Source of the DNA: Escherichia phage JLBYU50
Reading direction: 5' to 3' (one strand)
Sequence record: OK272470.1
Length of the DNA: 64,000 bases
A program made the translations under genes and the position numbers. Below are positions 19,215 through 28,430 of the stretch, piece by piece. Positions within the stretch are counted from its first letter, which is position 1. Each line of letters starts with the position of its first letter. Under the pieces are notes generated by a model. It ran no database searches. It was not told the origin of the DNA and saw only the letters and a list, made by a program, of their open reading frames with translations.

Positions 19215-19778
19215 TTAAATAATTTTATTCATGTCTTGACAATGTAAAAGGTGTGAAACAGCTTTTCTAGGATCATCATTACCTAAACGGTATGTGTGAA
19301 ATAAATATAACCCACGTAGTAAACCTAGCCTTTTATTGTTAGCGTGCAATGCTTTAGAGAAAATTATATCAAACTGTATTGATCTTTCCTCAAAAGGAAT
19401 TTCATTCCACAGACTCTTACGAAAGAGAAGAAAGAATCCTGCTAAGATAGCATCTGTAGGTACTTCCTCTATTGAGTTTCCCCATTCTAGATGTGCTCTT
19501 TTTGCAATCTCAATGTGGTGTAATATATTCGGATCTTCACTTCTTTCATTATTAAATAATTGATATGTTGATCCCAATCTGTTACAAGATGCACCAAGAA
19601 CATCAAAATCAGGATTTGAACGGACTATTGATTCCAGCCAAGCAGGTTGTTCTGGAAGAAGAAACATTGTATCAATGTCTCTTAGGCAAATCCAACTATC
19701 TTCTGGTAAGACACTTATTGTGTCATTGATACCTTTTCCAATATCTCCAGAAAGATAGGGAGTTATGTGAAATATCAT
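19215..19778 (-). CDS. Hypothetical protein, possible fourth glycosyltransferase-like gene
   Basis: 187 aa in the same operon as the GT genes. Weak DxD-like motif (CLRDIDTMF). Assignment tentative. Confidence 0.35.
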   Translation of the reverse strand: MIFHITPYLSGDIGKGINDTISVLPEDSWICLRDIDTMFLLPEQPAWLESIVRSNPDFDVLGASCNRLGSTYQLFNNERSEDPNILHHIEIAKRAHLEWGNSIEEVPTDAILAGFFLLFRKSLWNEIPFEERSIQFDIIFSKALHANNKRLGLLRGLYLFHTYRLGNDDPRKAVSHLLHCQDMNKII

Positions 19779-19835
19779 ACTCCCTCCGTATTATTACTTT
19801 AGCATTTTTAGACTAAAAAGTCCAAATGGTTTTAC

Positions 19836-20030
19836 CTATTGATTACGTTTTGCGAGTTCCATTTGGATAGCTAAACTGTGATCTCGTGCTTCCATATACT
19901 CTTTATATGTTTCATTAAGATGATCACGACAAACATCACGCAGTTTAATCAGTTTATCTGTAGGGATACCACTAAGATCATCCCAAGATTTTACAACTTC
20001 ACCAGTATCATTGATCCCAATGGTTTTCAT
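19836..20030 (-). CDS. Hypothetical small protein
   Basis: 64 aa ORF. No motif recognised. Confidence 0.35.
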   Translation of the reverse strand: MKTIGINDTGEVVKSWDDLSGIPTDKLIKLRDVCRDHLNETYKEYMEARDHSLAIQMELAKRNQ

Positions 20031-20238
20031 CTACAACCTCCTTAATTGCTACAGCACAGTTTTTGCAGATACACTGCCCTTTACCTTTAGAAATCTGGAT
20101 GTAAGGTTCATTTTCATTTTCGCCCTTACGTGAGTCATATATTACAGAATTGAAGCACACAACGCAAATATTTTTTAATATTGTATACTTATCAACTTTC
20201 TTTTTTGTTTTAAAGTTAACTTCAATAACATCAGCCAT
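20008..20238 (-). CDS. Small Zn-ribbon protein (start uncertain)
   Basis: Two CxxC pairs (CVVCFN...CICKNC). Start placed at internal ATG forming an ATGA overlap with the upstream stop; the longer form to 20286 is possible. Confidence 0.35.
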   Translation of the reverse strand: MADVIEVNFKTKKKVDKYTILKNICVVCFNSVIYDSRKGENENEPYIQISKGKGQCICKNCAVAIKEVVDENHWDQ

Positions 20239-20516
20239 CAGTGTAACACTCCCAGTATGTTGCTTTGTGACATAACCATAGAACATTCAACATTATCGTG
20301 ACTACGTGAAAAACGTTCCCAAACATCTTCATCGACTCGTAAAGCTATACAAGGATAGACGTTATCATTGATCATTTCAATTGAATAAACATCTACATTG
20401 TCTTCGTCTTCGATGAACATCATTGCAAACTGTTCTAAATGTTTCCTAATGTAATGTACATCCTCTTCTGTAAGACCAATAACAAGATAACTTGCAACGA
20501 TAACGCCCTCTTTCAT
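20238..20516 (-). CDS. Hypothetical protein
   Basis: 92 aa acidic ORF. No motif recognised. Confidence 0.4.
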   Translation of the reverse strand: MKEGVIVASYLVIGLTEEDVHYIRKHLEQFAMMFIEDEDNVDVYSIEMINDNVYPCIALRVDEDVWERFSRSHDNVECSMVMSQSNILGVLH

Positions 20517-20526
20517 CTATATCTCC

Positions 20527-21036
20527 TTAGCGATAGAATTGATGTTCTTTGTAGCGGTACACTAGAACCATATCTTTTTCCCAGTGTGCTCTTATTGTAG
20601 ATTTTTTAAAGTATAATGCTCCTTTTGTAATATCTAATGCAATTCGTAATTCTGGAAAATGCGTATCGAGATAAAGTAGACGTTCTGCTATAGCCTTAGC
20701 TTCCTTCCACTTATCACGTTCCATAACGTTGAATGTCTTTGTGTAAGAGAATTGTCCTTTTTGAAACAAAACTTCTTTTATAGTATCAGGGAAATATGAA
20801 TCTCTAGCCCTATTCAATACTACATTACCAACAGCAGACATACCGCGCTTTCCTTGATTACGACTTTCTGCATAGATTGCACAAGCTAATAGATTTTCTT
20901 TACTATCACGCTTTGTACACTTGTGAACTACTTTAGCAGTTTTTACGTTTGCAGCTTCGGCTTGCGCCACAACAGGTGTAAATGTAAAAGCAGTTAAGGA
21001 TAGTAACGCAATTGCGACAAAGGTTTTTATTGACAA
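20527..21036 (-). CDS. Secreted cell-wall hydrolase, SleB-like (Hydrolase_2 family)
   Basis: 169 aa. N-terminal signal peptide (MSIKTFVAIALLSLTAFTFTPVVAQA). Motif ACAIYAESRNQGKRGMSAVGNVVLNRA resembles the SleB/CwlJ catalytic domain. Confidence 0.6.
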   Translation of the reverse strand: MSIKTFVAIALLSLTAFTFTPVVAQAEAANVKTAKVVHKCTKRDSKENLLACAIYAESRNQGKRGMSAVGNVVLNRARDSYFPDTIKEVLFQKGQFSYTKTFNVMERDKWKEAKAIAERLLYLDTHFPELRIALDITKGALYFKKSTIRAHWEKDMVLVYRYKEHQFYR

Positions 21037-21128
21037 ACTTGCCTCCTATTTTGTTAAACGAACTTTTATTGTAACACAGAAGAGGCTGTTTTGCAAGTGG
21101 AGGGGGATTATCCCCCTCTTAGACTCTG

Positions 21129-21731
21129 TTAGATATTGTAAACCTTTGTATGAGTTACTACACCATCTTCTACAAAATCAACACGTTCTTGATCCGTAAC
21201 TAGTGCAGACAATACTTTAAATTTAATTTTTACACGTTCAAAAGCTGGTTGACCATCTTTAAGATAATTATGTTCAGTTGTCACTGTCTTGTTTACAAAA
21301 TCAACTTTTGCTTTACCGTTTTCGCGTAAATGGAATGTTTTTCCTGCTTTATACACAATTTCAACATTGCCTTCGAGAGTAATTCCTTCAAAAAGTTCAC
21401 CCTCTTCTTCATTTTCTTCACTTTTGAACAGACGACGAAACTCTTCCATATCAAGATAAACAACATCTTCAGAATAACTATCAGTAAGGTATGTCTTACC
21501 ATCCATTAACCCGAAATATTGCCAGATCGCAGAATAAACATCACTGGTTGATCCAAGGGTTTCTCTGAGTTTAGTTCCACGGATTACTTCATAAACTTCA
21601 AAATTGAAACCAGACTGCAAAGCATTAAACAGTACATCACTAACTTCTAAAGCATAATCTTCATTGTTGTCAATATCCACAAGAAAATTACCGCTACGAA
21701 TAAGTTTTTGACCTTCTAAAGTAATACCCAT
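21129..21731 (-). CDS. Hypothetical protein
   Basis: 200 aa ORF upstream of the SleB-like gene in the Ter-like cluster. No motif recognised. Confidence 0.45.
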   Translation of the reverse strand: MGITLEGQKLIRSGNFLVDIDNNEDYALEVSDVLFNALQSGFNFEVYEVIRGTKLRETLGSTSDVYSAIWQYFGLMDGKTYLTDSYSEDVVYLDMEEFRRLFKSEENEEEGELFEGITLEGNVEIVYKAGKTFHLRENGKAKVDFVNKTVTTEHNYLKDGQPAFERVKIKFKVLSALVTDQERVDFVEDGVVTHTKVYNI

Positions 21732-21783
21732 TGTTTTCTCCTCTTTTATTTAAAATATGCGCCCCGAAGGGCGCTATGATTTA

Positions 21784-22380
21784 TTACTCGAACCAATCGT
21801 CGCCAGCGCCAAACGCTTTAACTACATCGTAAATGTCAAGCCCAGCTTTACCTACACCATATGCTTTCAGTTTCCATTCGTTATCTTCTCGCACCAGGGA
21901 GGCAACGTGGCAAATGGTATTACCTGCAAGTTCTGGAGCCAAGAAGTCAAAATCCAGCAGTTCAACGTTACGTTCATCATCGAAGATTTTAAGGAAACCT
22001 TCGGTAGCGTGACCAAGGCGTTTCTTACCCGTTTCGTCATCAATAGTAATTACGAATGCAATTTCCTGTGCTTCAGCAGAGATATTATCCAGTGTAACAT
22101 CAATCTGCTCCATTTGTCCTACACCATCACGAACATCTTCACCTGCAAAAGTAGAACGTTCAGGATCAAATTTCTGCGCGTAGCACACCAGGTGACGAGG
22201 AGACAACAGTTCCGGCAGACCAGATGCATTGTGTCGGCAAATCAGAGCACTAACATCCAGATCCAGTTTTTCGTTAGATTTCCAAGAGAATTCCAGACGA
22301 ATGCGTTTCAGTGCTGGTGCAATCTTTTTCAGAGAAACTTTTTCGCTAGAACCTTTTTTCAGGGAAATTTTCTGAGTCAT
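21784..22380 (-). CDS. terD: TerD-family protein (tellurite-resistance TerD/TerE/TerZ-like)
   Basis: 198 aa. N-terminal duplicated ISLKKG...VSLKK, IRLEFSWKS and LDLDVSALI blocks match the TerD fold signature. Acidic Ca-binding-like patch (TIDDETGKK). Confidence 0.7.
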   Translation of the reverse strand: MTQKISLKKGSSEKVSLKKIAPALKRIRLEFSWKSNEKLDLDVSALICRHNASGLPELLSPRHLVCYAQKFDPERSTFAGEDVRDGVGQMEQIDVTLDNISAEAQEIAFVITIDDETGKKRLGHATEGFLKIFDDERNVELLDFDFLAPELAGNTICHVASLVREDNEWKLKAYGVGKAGLDIYDVVKAFGAGDDWFE

Positions 22381-22452
22381 AATTTATTATCTCCTTTGTT
22401 GTTAATTTACGTTGTCTATTTTACTAATCTTTTCTACAAAGTCAAGCGTTTT

Positions 22453-23247
22453 TTACGCTTTTGCTCCAAATTTTTTAACCCACTCACCAAACTCTTCGGA
22501 TAACAGTTTATCGTAAAGTTCTTCATCAGACAAGGACAAATCTGCAATACCGATAAAATCAACATTATCGTATTCTTTTGCCAAGTCTTTCAGGAATTTA
22601 AAGTTTGCATTACCTACACCAACCATAAACCAGTAAACAGGTGTATTGCGGTGTTTGTTCAGTAAGCTACGTACTGCTGAAGTATCCATGTTCTCCCCGT
22701 CAGTTTGGAAGAAAATCATTGCAGGAGTACGATCAACTTGTGCATCAGTATCTACAACCTGTTCTACAACAGTACGTGTTACTTCTACAAGTTCTTTTTT
22801 ACCAGTTAGTTTAGCAAGGAAACCTTTAGCTGGAACTTCTTCATACTCAACGACTTCGCGTGTAATATTTTTCATAGGTACACTACCGAAGTATGTATCA
22901 TAAATGTCTTGCATTACTGGAGCATAAGCTGTACCACCATTGATGCAAACATTAGACATACAAGAGCCGACATAATCATCATATACATCAGCCGTTGCAG
23001 GAGGCAGTTCAAAAGAAGAACTATTGAAAGCCCACATGTCAATCTGCGCATTATCATCAAACTTCATACCAAACGGCAGCAGCTTACCTACAAAATCACT
23101 AACAGTGCCATCACGATATAGCTCACACATACTACCCGAAATATCTAAGGCGCTACCGACACGAAGAACAACATCGTTAATCTTTTTCTTACGCAGAGAT
23201 ACAGTAAGAGTTTCTTGACGTTTTTTAAGACTGATTTTATTGGACAT
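22453..23247 (-). CDS. von Willebrand factor A (vWA) domain protein, TerY-like
   Basis: 264 aa. N-terminal ISLKK motif then MIDAS-like DxSxS (VGSALDISGSM) and vWA beta-strands (MIFFQTDGEN; VYWFMVGVG). Confidence 0.6.
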   Translation of the reverse strand: MSNKISLKKRQETLTVSLRKKKINDVVLRVGSALDISGSMCELYRDGTVSDFVGKLLPFGMKFDDNAQIDMWAFNSSSFELPPATADVYDDYVGSCMSNVCINGGTAYAPVMQDIYDTYFGSVPMKNITREVVEYEEVPAKGFLAKLTGKKELVEVTRTVVEQVVDTDAQVDRTPAMIFFQTDGENMDTSAVRSLLNKHRNTPVYWFMVGVGNANFKFLKDLAKEYDNVDFIGIADLSLSDEELYDKLLSEEFGEWVKKFGAKA

Positions 23248-23248
23248 A

Positions 23249-23518
23249 TTATTTCTCCTTTCTGACTGTAATGTTAGTAACTTCTAAATCCACTTCTACC
23301 ACTTCTGTATCATATAAAATACAGTTAAGTTGACCTCTTTGTGAACCGTTCAGACACATTGCTTGGTTTGTATTAACCTTAATAAACACTAAGTTTATGA
23401 ACGTATCTAAACCAGAATCTTGATAGGCAACATAATATACAAATGTATCACCTGTGTCAAGTTCTCCAAAACATTTAGGTTCATCTGATTTGTCGTCTTT
23501 GATATTAAATTTAAGCAC
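23249..23518 (-). CDS. Hypothetical protein
   Basis: 89 aa ORF in the Ter-like cluster. Confidence 0.4.
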   Translation of the reverse strand: MLKFNIKDDKSDEPKCFGELDTGDTFVYYVAYQDSGLDTFINLVFIKVNTNQAMCLNGSQRGQLNCILYDTEVVEVDLEVTNITVRKEK

Positions 23519-24074
23519 TGTCTTCTCCTTTACCTGCTCTCAAGCCTAAATAGAAAGCCTCTCTGGTGATTTTTTGCAACTCGTTTAAAGAGATAGTTAC
23601 AACTAAATCATCTTCAATTTCTAGCTTTGAGTCTTCTTCTGTCTCAATGCAAGTATTATGCACTTTGTGGTAAGGATTGTCAACACGTTTAAATTTATTA
23701 TTTTCAGTGCTGAAGAAGCAATCTGGATCTTCTTCTCCATCACCCCAACCCTGGTTAGGGTCTTCTTCAGATCTTTCTGTTGGGATCTCACCTGTAAAGT
23801 GCTCTTCTAATACCAGAGCAATCCCATCTCCAAGATCGGAAGAGAACATCAAATTACAAACTTCTTCCCAAGGCATAGACCACTTAAATCTTTTACGATT
23901 GCCATGTTTATCTTCTTCGTTAGAGAAAACACTACCATAGCTATCATAATTGCCATACATCTCTTCAACAACTTTACCACCTTTCAAAAGAAATAGGTAG
24001 CAAGGAGAGCCATCGAAAGAGGTAGAAAGAGCAGCATTACCAGACTCTTTGCACAAGAAACTAAAACACCCCAT
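23511..24074 (-). CDS. Hypothetical acidic protein
   Basis: 187 aa, Cys/acidic-rich. No motif recognised. Confidence 0.45.
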   Translation of the reverse strand: MGCFSFLCKESGNAALSTSFDGSPCYLFLLKGGKVVEEMYGNYDSYGSVFSNEEDKHGNRKRFKWSMPWEEVCNLMFSSDLGDGIALVLEEHFTGEIPTERSEEDPNQGWGDGEEDPDCFFSTENNKFKRVDNPYHKVHNTCIETEEDSKLEIEDDLVVTISLNELQKITREAFYLGLRAGKGEDSA

Positions 24075-24274
24075 TATACACCAACCTTAAGATCAATTAT
24101 AGCCAAAGTGGTTTCAGAGTGTGTTTGCTCGTCTACAGGTGCAGTCATGTGATAATACAAAAAATCTTCGGCATCATACCAATCTGACTCTTGACCTTGT
24201 TTCCAACCATCAATGAAAGCATCTTCCATAATTGTTTGTAACTCTTCACGAGTTAAGTGAATATCTTTACTCAT
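24074..24274 (-). CDS. Hypothetical small acidic protein
   Basis: 66 aa ORF, ATGA-type coupling to neighbours. Confidence 0.35.
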   Translation of the reverse strand: MSKDIHLTREELQTIMEDAFIDGWKQGQESDWYDAEDFLYYHMTAPVDEQTHSETTLAIIDLKVGV

Positions 24275-24507
24275 TACACATTCTCCTCTTTTACCAATTC
24301 CATCGTTGAACTATCAAAACCATCTTTAGAAGAATAGGTATAGACAGAACGTAGTTCTCGCAGGACAGTGAATACATTGGGATCATCTAACCAAGCATCC
24401 TGGAGGAGAACATAACGATCTTCATTGTCGTACTGGACAGCAATCATAGAACCAGACAGTTTGTAAATTTTAATATTCATAATATATTTCTCCTTAAAGT
24501 AGACCAC
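24274..24507 (-). CDS. Hypothetical small protein (start uncertain)
   Basis: 77 aa ORF overlapping the TelA-like gene 3' end; an internal start is possible. Confidence 0.35.
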   Translation of the reverse strand: MVYFKEKYIMNIKIYKLSGSMIAVQYDNEDRYVLLQDAWLDDPNVFTVLRELRSVYTYSSKDGFDSSTMELVKEENV

Positions 24508-25597
24508 GTTTAACAGTTTGAATCATACCATCTTCAAGAGATTGCACTTCTTGAATGTAATCAATACGCGCAGCACGGGCTTCAGTGTTGATTCGGTTAG
24601 TTTCTTCCAACATTTTAACTAAGTTTTCTTGATCGCGACGTAATGTCTCAATATCCAATACTTGACGATTAGCAAGTTGTGTAGCTTCAATTTGGTTTTG
24701 TGCCGCCAGATCACTACCCATTGCAATAGCAGCATTAAATTCATTCAGCACATTGTTCTGTGTATCGGCTGCTTTCTTCTGGCGTAGACTTTCAATATAC
24801 ATAGAAAAGTTTGCAGAGTAAGCAGGGATAACATTATTCACAATATTACGGGCTGATCGCATCAAACTTGCAGATACTTTCTGCATACTTTGTACACGTG
24901 GCCCCATCTGAACACACAGTAAGCGTAGGGCTTTCAGGTCTGCAATACGAATTTCAAGCAGATCCATAGTATCACGAGTACGTTGACGCTCTTCTACCTC
25001 ATTTTCAGGCAGTGTATTAAGGCGAACTTCTTCTTTTTCATACGTAGCTGTTAGAAGCTCTATATCTCTGTTTAAGCTAAGAGCATATTTGGCAATAGCC
25101 TCTTCTAAACGTTGCAGATATCGTAAAGAATCTTCTTCTTTTTTCAAGTCTGTTTGGAGTGTCTTTACCAAACCTTCAATACGATTATTGATGGTGTCAA
25201 ATTCTCCAAACAAATCTTCTTTCATACCTAATACTTTCTTAACTAGTTTACCTAAGCCTTTAGATTGCTTAATAGAGTTAGGATCAAGTTGCTTTGCTTG
25301 CTTAATAAGTGCAGTTAAACGTTCACTCATTTCATCCCCCTGAGATGAACGCTGGTGTTTAAGCACTTCAGCATTAAGGTTACGAAGAGTAAGTCCTGCA
25401 TCAGCACCAACTTGTTCAATCTCTTCACGAGACATTGGAGGCAGCATTTGTACAGGTCGTGCAACAGCAGGGGCATATACAGGGCTTGCATCCATAGCAC
25501 TTGGAGCAAATAAAGACTTACTTTTTTCTGTTGTTGCCGTGAATACACTCATTTCAGACGGTTTGCTTTTTACGGCACTGATAAAAGGACTGGACAT
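24494..25597 (-). CDS. telA: TelA-like toxic-anion-resistance family protein
   Basis: 367 aa, largely coiled-coil. C-terminal block QVLDIETLRRDQENLVKMLEE...AARIDYIQE resembles the conserved TelA/KlaB region. Confidence 0.55.
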   Translation of the reverse strand: MSSPFISAVKSKPSEMSVFTATTEKSKSLFAPSAMDASPVYAPAVARPVQMLPPMSREEIEQVGADAGLTLRNLNAEVLKHQRSSQGDEMSERLTALIKQAKQLDPNSIKQSKGLGKLVKKVLGMKEDLFGEFDTINNRIEGLVKTLQTDLKKEEDSLRYLQRLEEAIAKYALSLNRDIELLTATYEKEEVRLNTLPENEVEERQRTRDTMDLLEIRIADLKALRLLCVQMGPRVQSMQKVSASLMRSARNIVNNVIPAYSANFSMYIESLRQKKAADTQNNVLNEFNAAIAMGSDLAAQNQIEATQLANRQVLDIETLRRDQENLVKMLEETNRINTEARAARIDYIQEVQSLEDGMIQTVKRGLL

Positions 25598-25665
25598 TCA
25601 ATTTCCTCCATATTCTTTAGTAGATGGTGATACCTCTGTACCACCATCATAACACAAATTAAGTA

Positions 25666-26517
25666 TTAAACAAACATATCTAAATAATTTGTAGTAATAA
25701 ACGCCCCATCTGCTTCCAGATTAACATAACCAGTAGCATTAGTGGTTAAGAAATCCAGATCGAAGGACTCTTTAACACCCCGTACCTCAACACGAGAGAT
25801 ATCGAATACAGGTAGTGTAACAGCCTCTTCGTGCAATACCGTACCTTTGTAGGTTGCCTTAATGATAAACTTGATATTACCCGTTCCAGCATCATACAAA
25901 ACACTTTCAAACCCTTTGAGAGTATATTTATCACCAGAAGTGAAGTGCAAAGTTGCTTTGTTTACAGTACGTTTTTTACGAGGAGTTCCTTTCACACGTT
26001 TATGATCACTACGTTTTTTGTACTTAGGAATGAATACAAACGATACATTCTGAAGAAAGGTATCAACATCAAGGATTTTAATATCCTCTGTTGCAGCAAA
26101 TTTTGAAGTCGTTGCATCAAAATGCTTTTCCCTGCGATCATACATAAAGATATCAAACCGATCTTCTAAATCAAACAAATTATGTATTTTAATTTCAGAA
26201 TGCTTGCGCATTGCAGCAACCTTGAACTCTTCAAAACGTGGGTGTTCTACAAGTTCTTCAAGTTTTACACCAAAGACAGTATATTGCTTCGGAGTTTTTT
26301 CTGGTGTTGGCATTACAGAAGCATAATCCCCGATTGCGCTCTTAAAGCAAAATTGTTCTTGACCTGTATTTTTACCAACGAATTTACAGTATTCATCATT
26401 GTGCATACTTTCCTTAGTAGTACCAACAAACTCAAAACCATCTTTATTCTTCTCAAGAATTTCTTGATTAAAGATCCAACCTTCCAGGCGATACACTTTA
26501 CCAACTTCTAGTTTCAT
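25666..26517 (-). CDS. Hypothetical protein
   Basis: 283 aa with a basic patch (KKRSDHKRVKGTPRKKRT). No motif recognised. Confidence 0.45.
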   Translation of the reverse strand: MKLEVGKVYRLEGWIFNQEILEKNKDGFEFVGTTKESMHNDEYCKFVGKNTGQEQFCFKSAIGDYASVMPTPEKTPKQYTVFGVKLEELVEHPRFEEFKVAAMRKHSEIKIHNLFDLEDRFDIFMYDRREKHFDATTSKFAATEDIKILDVDTFLQNVSFVFIPKYKKRSDHKRVKGTPRKKRTVNKATLHFTSGDKYTLKGFESVLYDAGTGNIKFIIKATYKGTVLHEEAVTLPVFDISRVEVRGVKESFDLDFLTTNATGYVNLEADGAFITTNYLDMFV

Positions 26518-26552
26518 CTGTTTCTCCTTCTTATTTAATCTGTATTAAATTA

Positions 26553-27143
26553 TTAACGACGACGTGAGCTACTAAAACTACGTTTCGACGAAGAATAACT
26601 TTTCGAAGACTTACTATAAGAGCTAATAGGACTTGAGTAAGACTTACGAGCAGAGTAATCACTATTCACTTTTGTTGTTGATGGGCGTGAATACGTTTGT
26701 ACACTTTGCTGCTTAATTGTGTTTTGTTTAGTGGTTGTATATGTATTTCCTTGTTTATCATAAAAACTATGCTTTTGTGTTGTATATGCTTTGCTATTAG
26801 TTGTAGGAGCAGCGTTGTTATTGATAATTGTTGTATTGCTACCGCCATCTCTATAACCACCACCGCCACTATTACCACTCAACATATGACCAAGAAGCAT
26901 ACCTGTAGCAAACTCACCTACACCAGAAGAACCACTGCCGCCTCCTTGCACAACAACTGTTGAAGGTTGTGCAGGTGCTGCTTGAACAACTTGAGGTGCA
27001 GGTTGATTTACATATTGTTCATCTACCATCTGATTTGGTGTTTGTTGGTAACGTTGATTTTGTACATTTTCAGAATCATCACAACCTACCAGCAATACAC
27101 TACCTAAAACAACTGCAACAATAAAAGATTTAATGTTTTTCAT
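26553..27143 (-). CDS. Lipoprotein with Gly-rich and Ser/Tyr-rich low-complexity regions
   Basis: Start at MKNIKSF after RBS gagggt. Signal peptide with lipobox (LLVGC). Gly-zipper-like segment and Ser-rich basic C-terminus. Confidence 0.5.
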   Translation of the reverse strand: MKNIKSFIVAVVLGSVLLVGCDDSENVQNQRYQQTPNQMVDEQYVNQPAPQVVQAAPAQPSTVVVQGGGSGSSGVGEFATGMLLGHMLSGNSGGGGYRDGGSNTTIINNNAAPTTNSKAYTTQKHSFYDKQGNTYTTTKQNTIKQQSVQTYSRPSTTKVNSDYSARKSYSSPISSYSKSSKSYSSSKRSFSSSRRR

Positions 27144-27336
27144 TTGTAACCCTCTCATTTAAAGTCTCAACACAATTTTTAAAATCCCTAGAGAAACAAT
27201 ACATCTGTTCTCCGTTCCTGTTGATAGTAATTGTATGGTTATCAATATATGTTGTCAAGATAAAAATCAAACAAAACAACCCTAGAGCAAAACAAATATT
27301 TTCAAACAGAATCCAAAGAACACGTAAAACCACCAT
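27130..27336 (-). CDS. Small membrane protein
   Basis: 68 aa with one strongly hydrophobic helix (ICFALGLFCLIFILTTYI). Confidence 0.35.
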   Translation of the reverse strand: MVVLRVLWILFENICFALGLFCLIFILTTYIDNHTITINRNGEQMYCFSRDFKNCVETLNERVTNEKH

Positions 27337-27375
27337 CAGATCACCTCAATAAAGCCCCCGAAGGGGCTTAATGAA

Positions 27376-28353
27376 TTAAGCAACAGCCTGGTCTTCTTTT
27401 TCAGGGAAGATTAAACTTGCAATAACACCCAACCCAAGAGTACCTAACACAATATACATACTGATCGTCGGATCAATGTGTGCTGGTAGGAAACTCACTT
27501 TTGCGTGCAGAGTTTCTGCAAACGGGTGATACATCAGTTTTACACCCACAAATACCAGGACTACGATAACTGCTTTCTCCAGATGAACCAAATACTTCAG
27601 TGCAACACTAAGAACAAAGAACAGAGCGCGTAAACCTAAGATTGCACAGAGCATCGAAGAGAACACCAGCAGAGGTTCTTGTGTCACTGCAATTACTGCT
27701 GGAACAGAGTCTACTGCAAAGATTACGTCAACCATTTCCATTACAAACACACAAACCAGAGCCGGAGTTGCTACACGAACACCATTTTTGATTGTGAAGA
27801 ACTTCTCACCATCCATCTGATCAGATACAGGGAACAGCTTACGAACAATGCGAGTAGCCCAGTGTTTAGAGTAATCAACTTCTGCATCATTATCTCCAGC
27901 GAATACCATTTTAGCCGCACAGAAAAGGATGACAGCACCGAAGAAGATATTAACATACCAGCCCAAACTCAACAAGTAAGTACCTACTGCTACAAACACA
28001 CCTCGGAAGACAATCGCACCTGCAATACCCCAAAGTAGAATCTTGTGTTGCAAGTGTGTGCTTTTAATACCAAAACTTGCGAATACTGCCACAAATACTA
28101 CTAAGTTATCTACAGAAAGAGATTTCTCCAACACATACCCACTCAAGAACAAACTCGCAAAATCAGCACCGTGTTGGAAGTATACAAAACCATAGTAGGC
28201 TAATGATACCCCAATCCAGAAAATTGACCAACCAACTGCCGATTTAAATGAAATCTCTTTGTTTTCTCTGTGTCCAAAGAAATCAATACAAATCGACAAC
28301 ACTAAAATACCCACTAAAACAACCACATCAATAATTGGGAAACCCAGTTGCAT
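27376..28353 (-). CDS. terC: TerC-family integral membrane protein
   Basis: 325 aa polytopic membrane protein. Signature motif EKSLSVDN and several further TM helices. Terminator-like hairpin upstream at 28372-28390. Confidence 0.8.
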   Translation of the reverse strand: MQLGFPIIDVVVLVGILVLSICIDFFGHRENKEISFKSAVGWSIFWIGVSLAYYGFVYFQHGADFASLFLSGYVLEKSLSVDNLVVFVAVFASFGIKSTHLQHKILLWGIAGAIVFRGVFVAVGTYLLSLGWYVNIFFGAVILFCAAKMVFAGDNDAEVDYSKHWATRIVRKLFPVSDQMDGEKFFTIKNGVRVATPALVCVFVMEMVDVIFAVDSVPAVIAVTQEPLLVFSSMLCAILGLRALFFVLSVALKYLVHLEKAVIVVLVFVGVKLMYHPFAETLHAKVSFLPAHIDPTISMYIVLGTLGLGVIASLIFPEKEDQAVA

Positions 28354-28430
28354 TCTTTTCTCCTCTTTAATGCGGAGGACAATCCTCCGCTCTATGTCTT
28401 ATACTATAAACTGTTTTTAAAGAAAGTCAA

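Noticed and set aside
21757-22503. 248-aa ORF on the + strand
   Set aside because: Lies antisense across the TerD-like gene, which has a strong family signature, and the start of the vWA gene; likely a shadow ORF.
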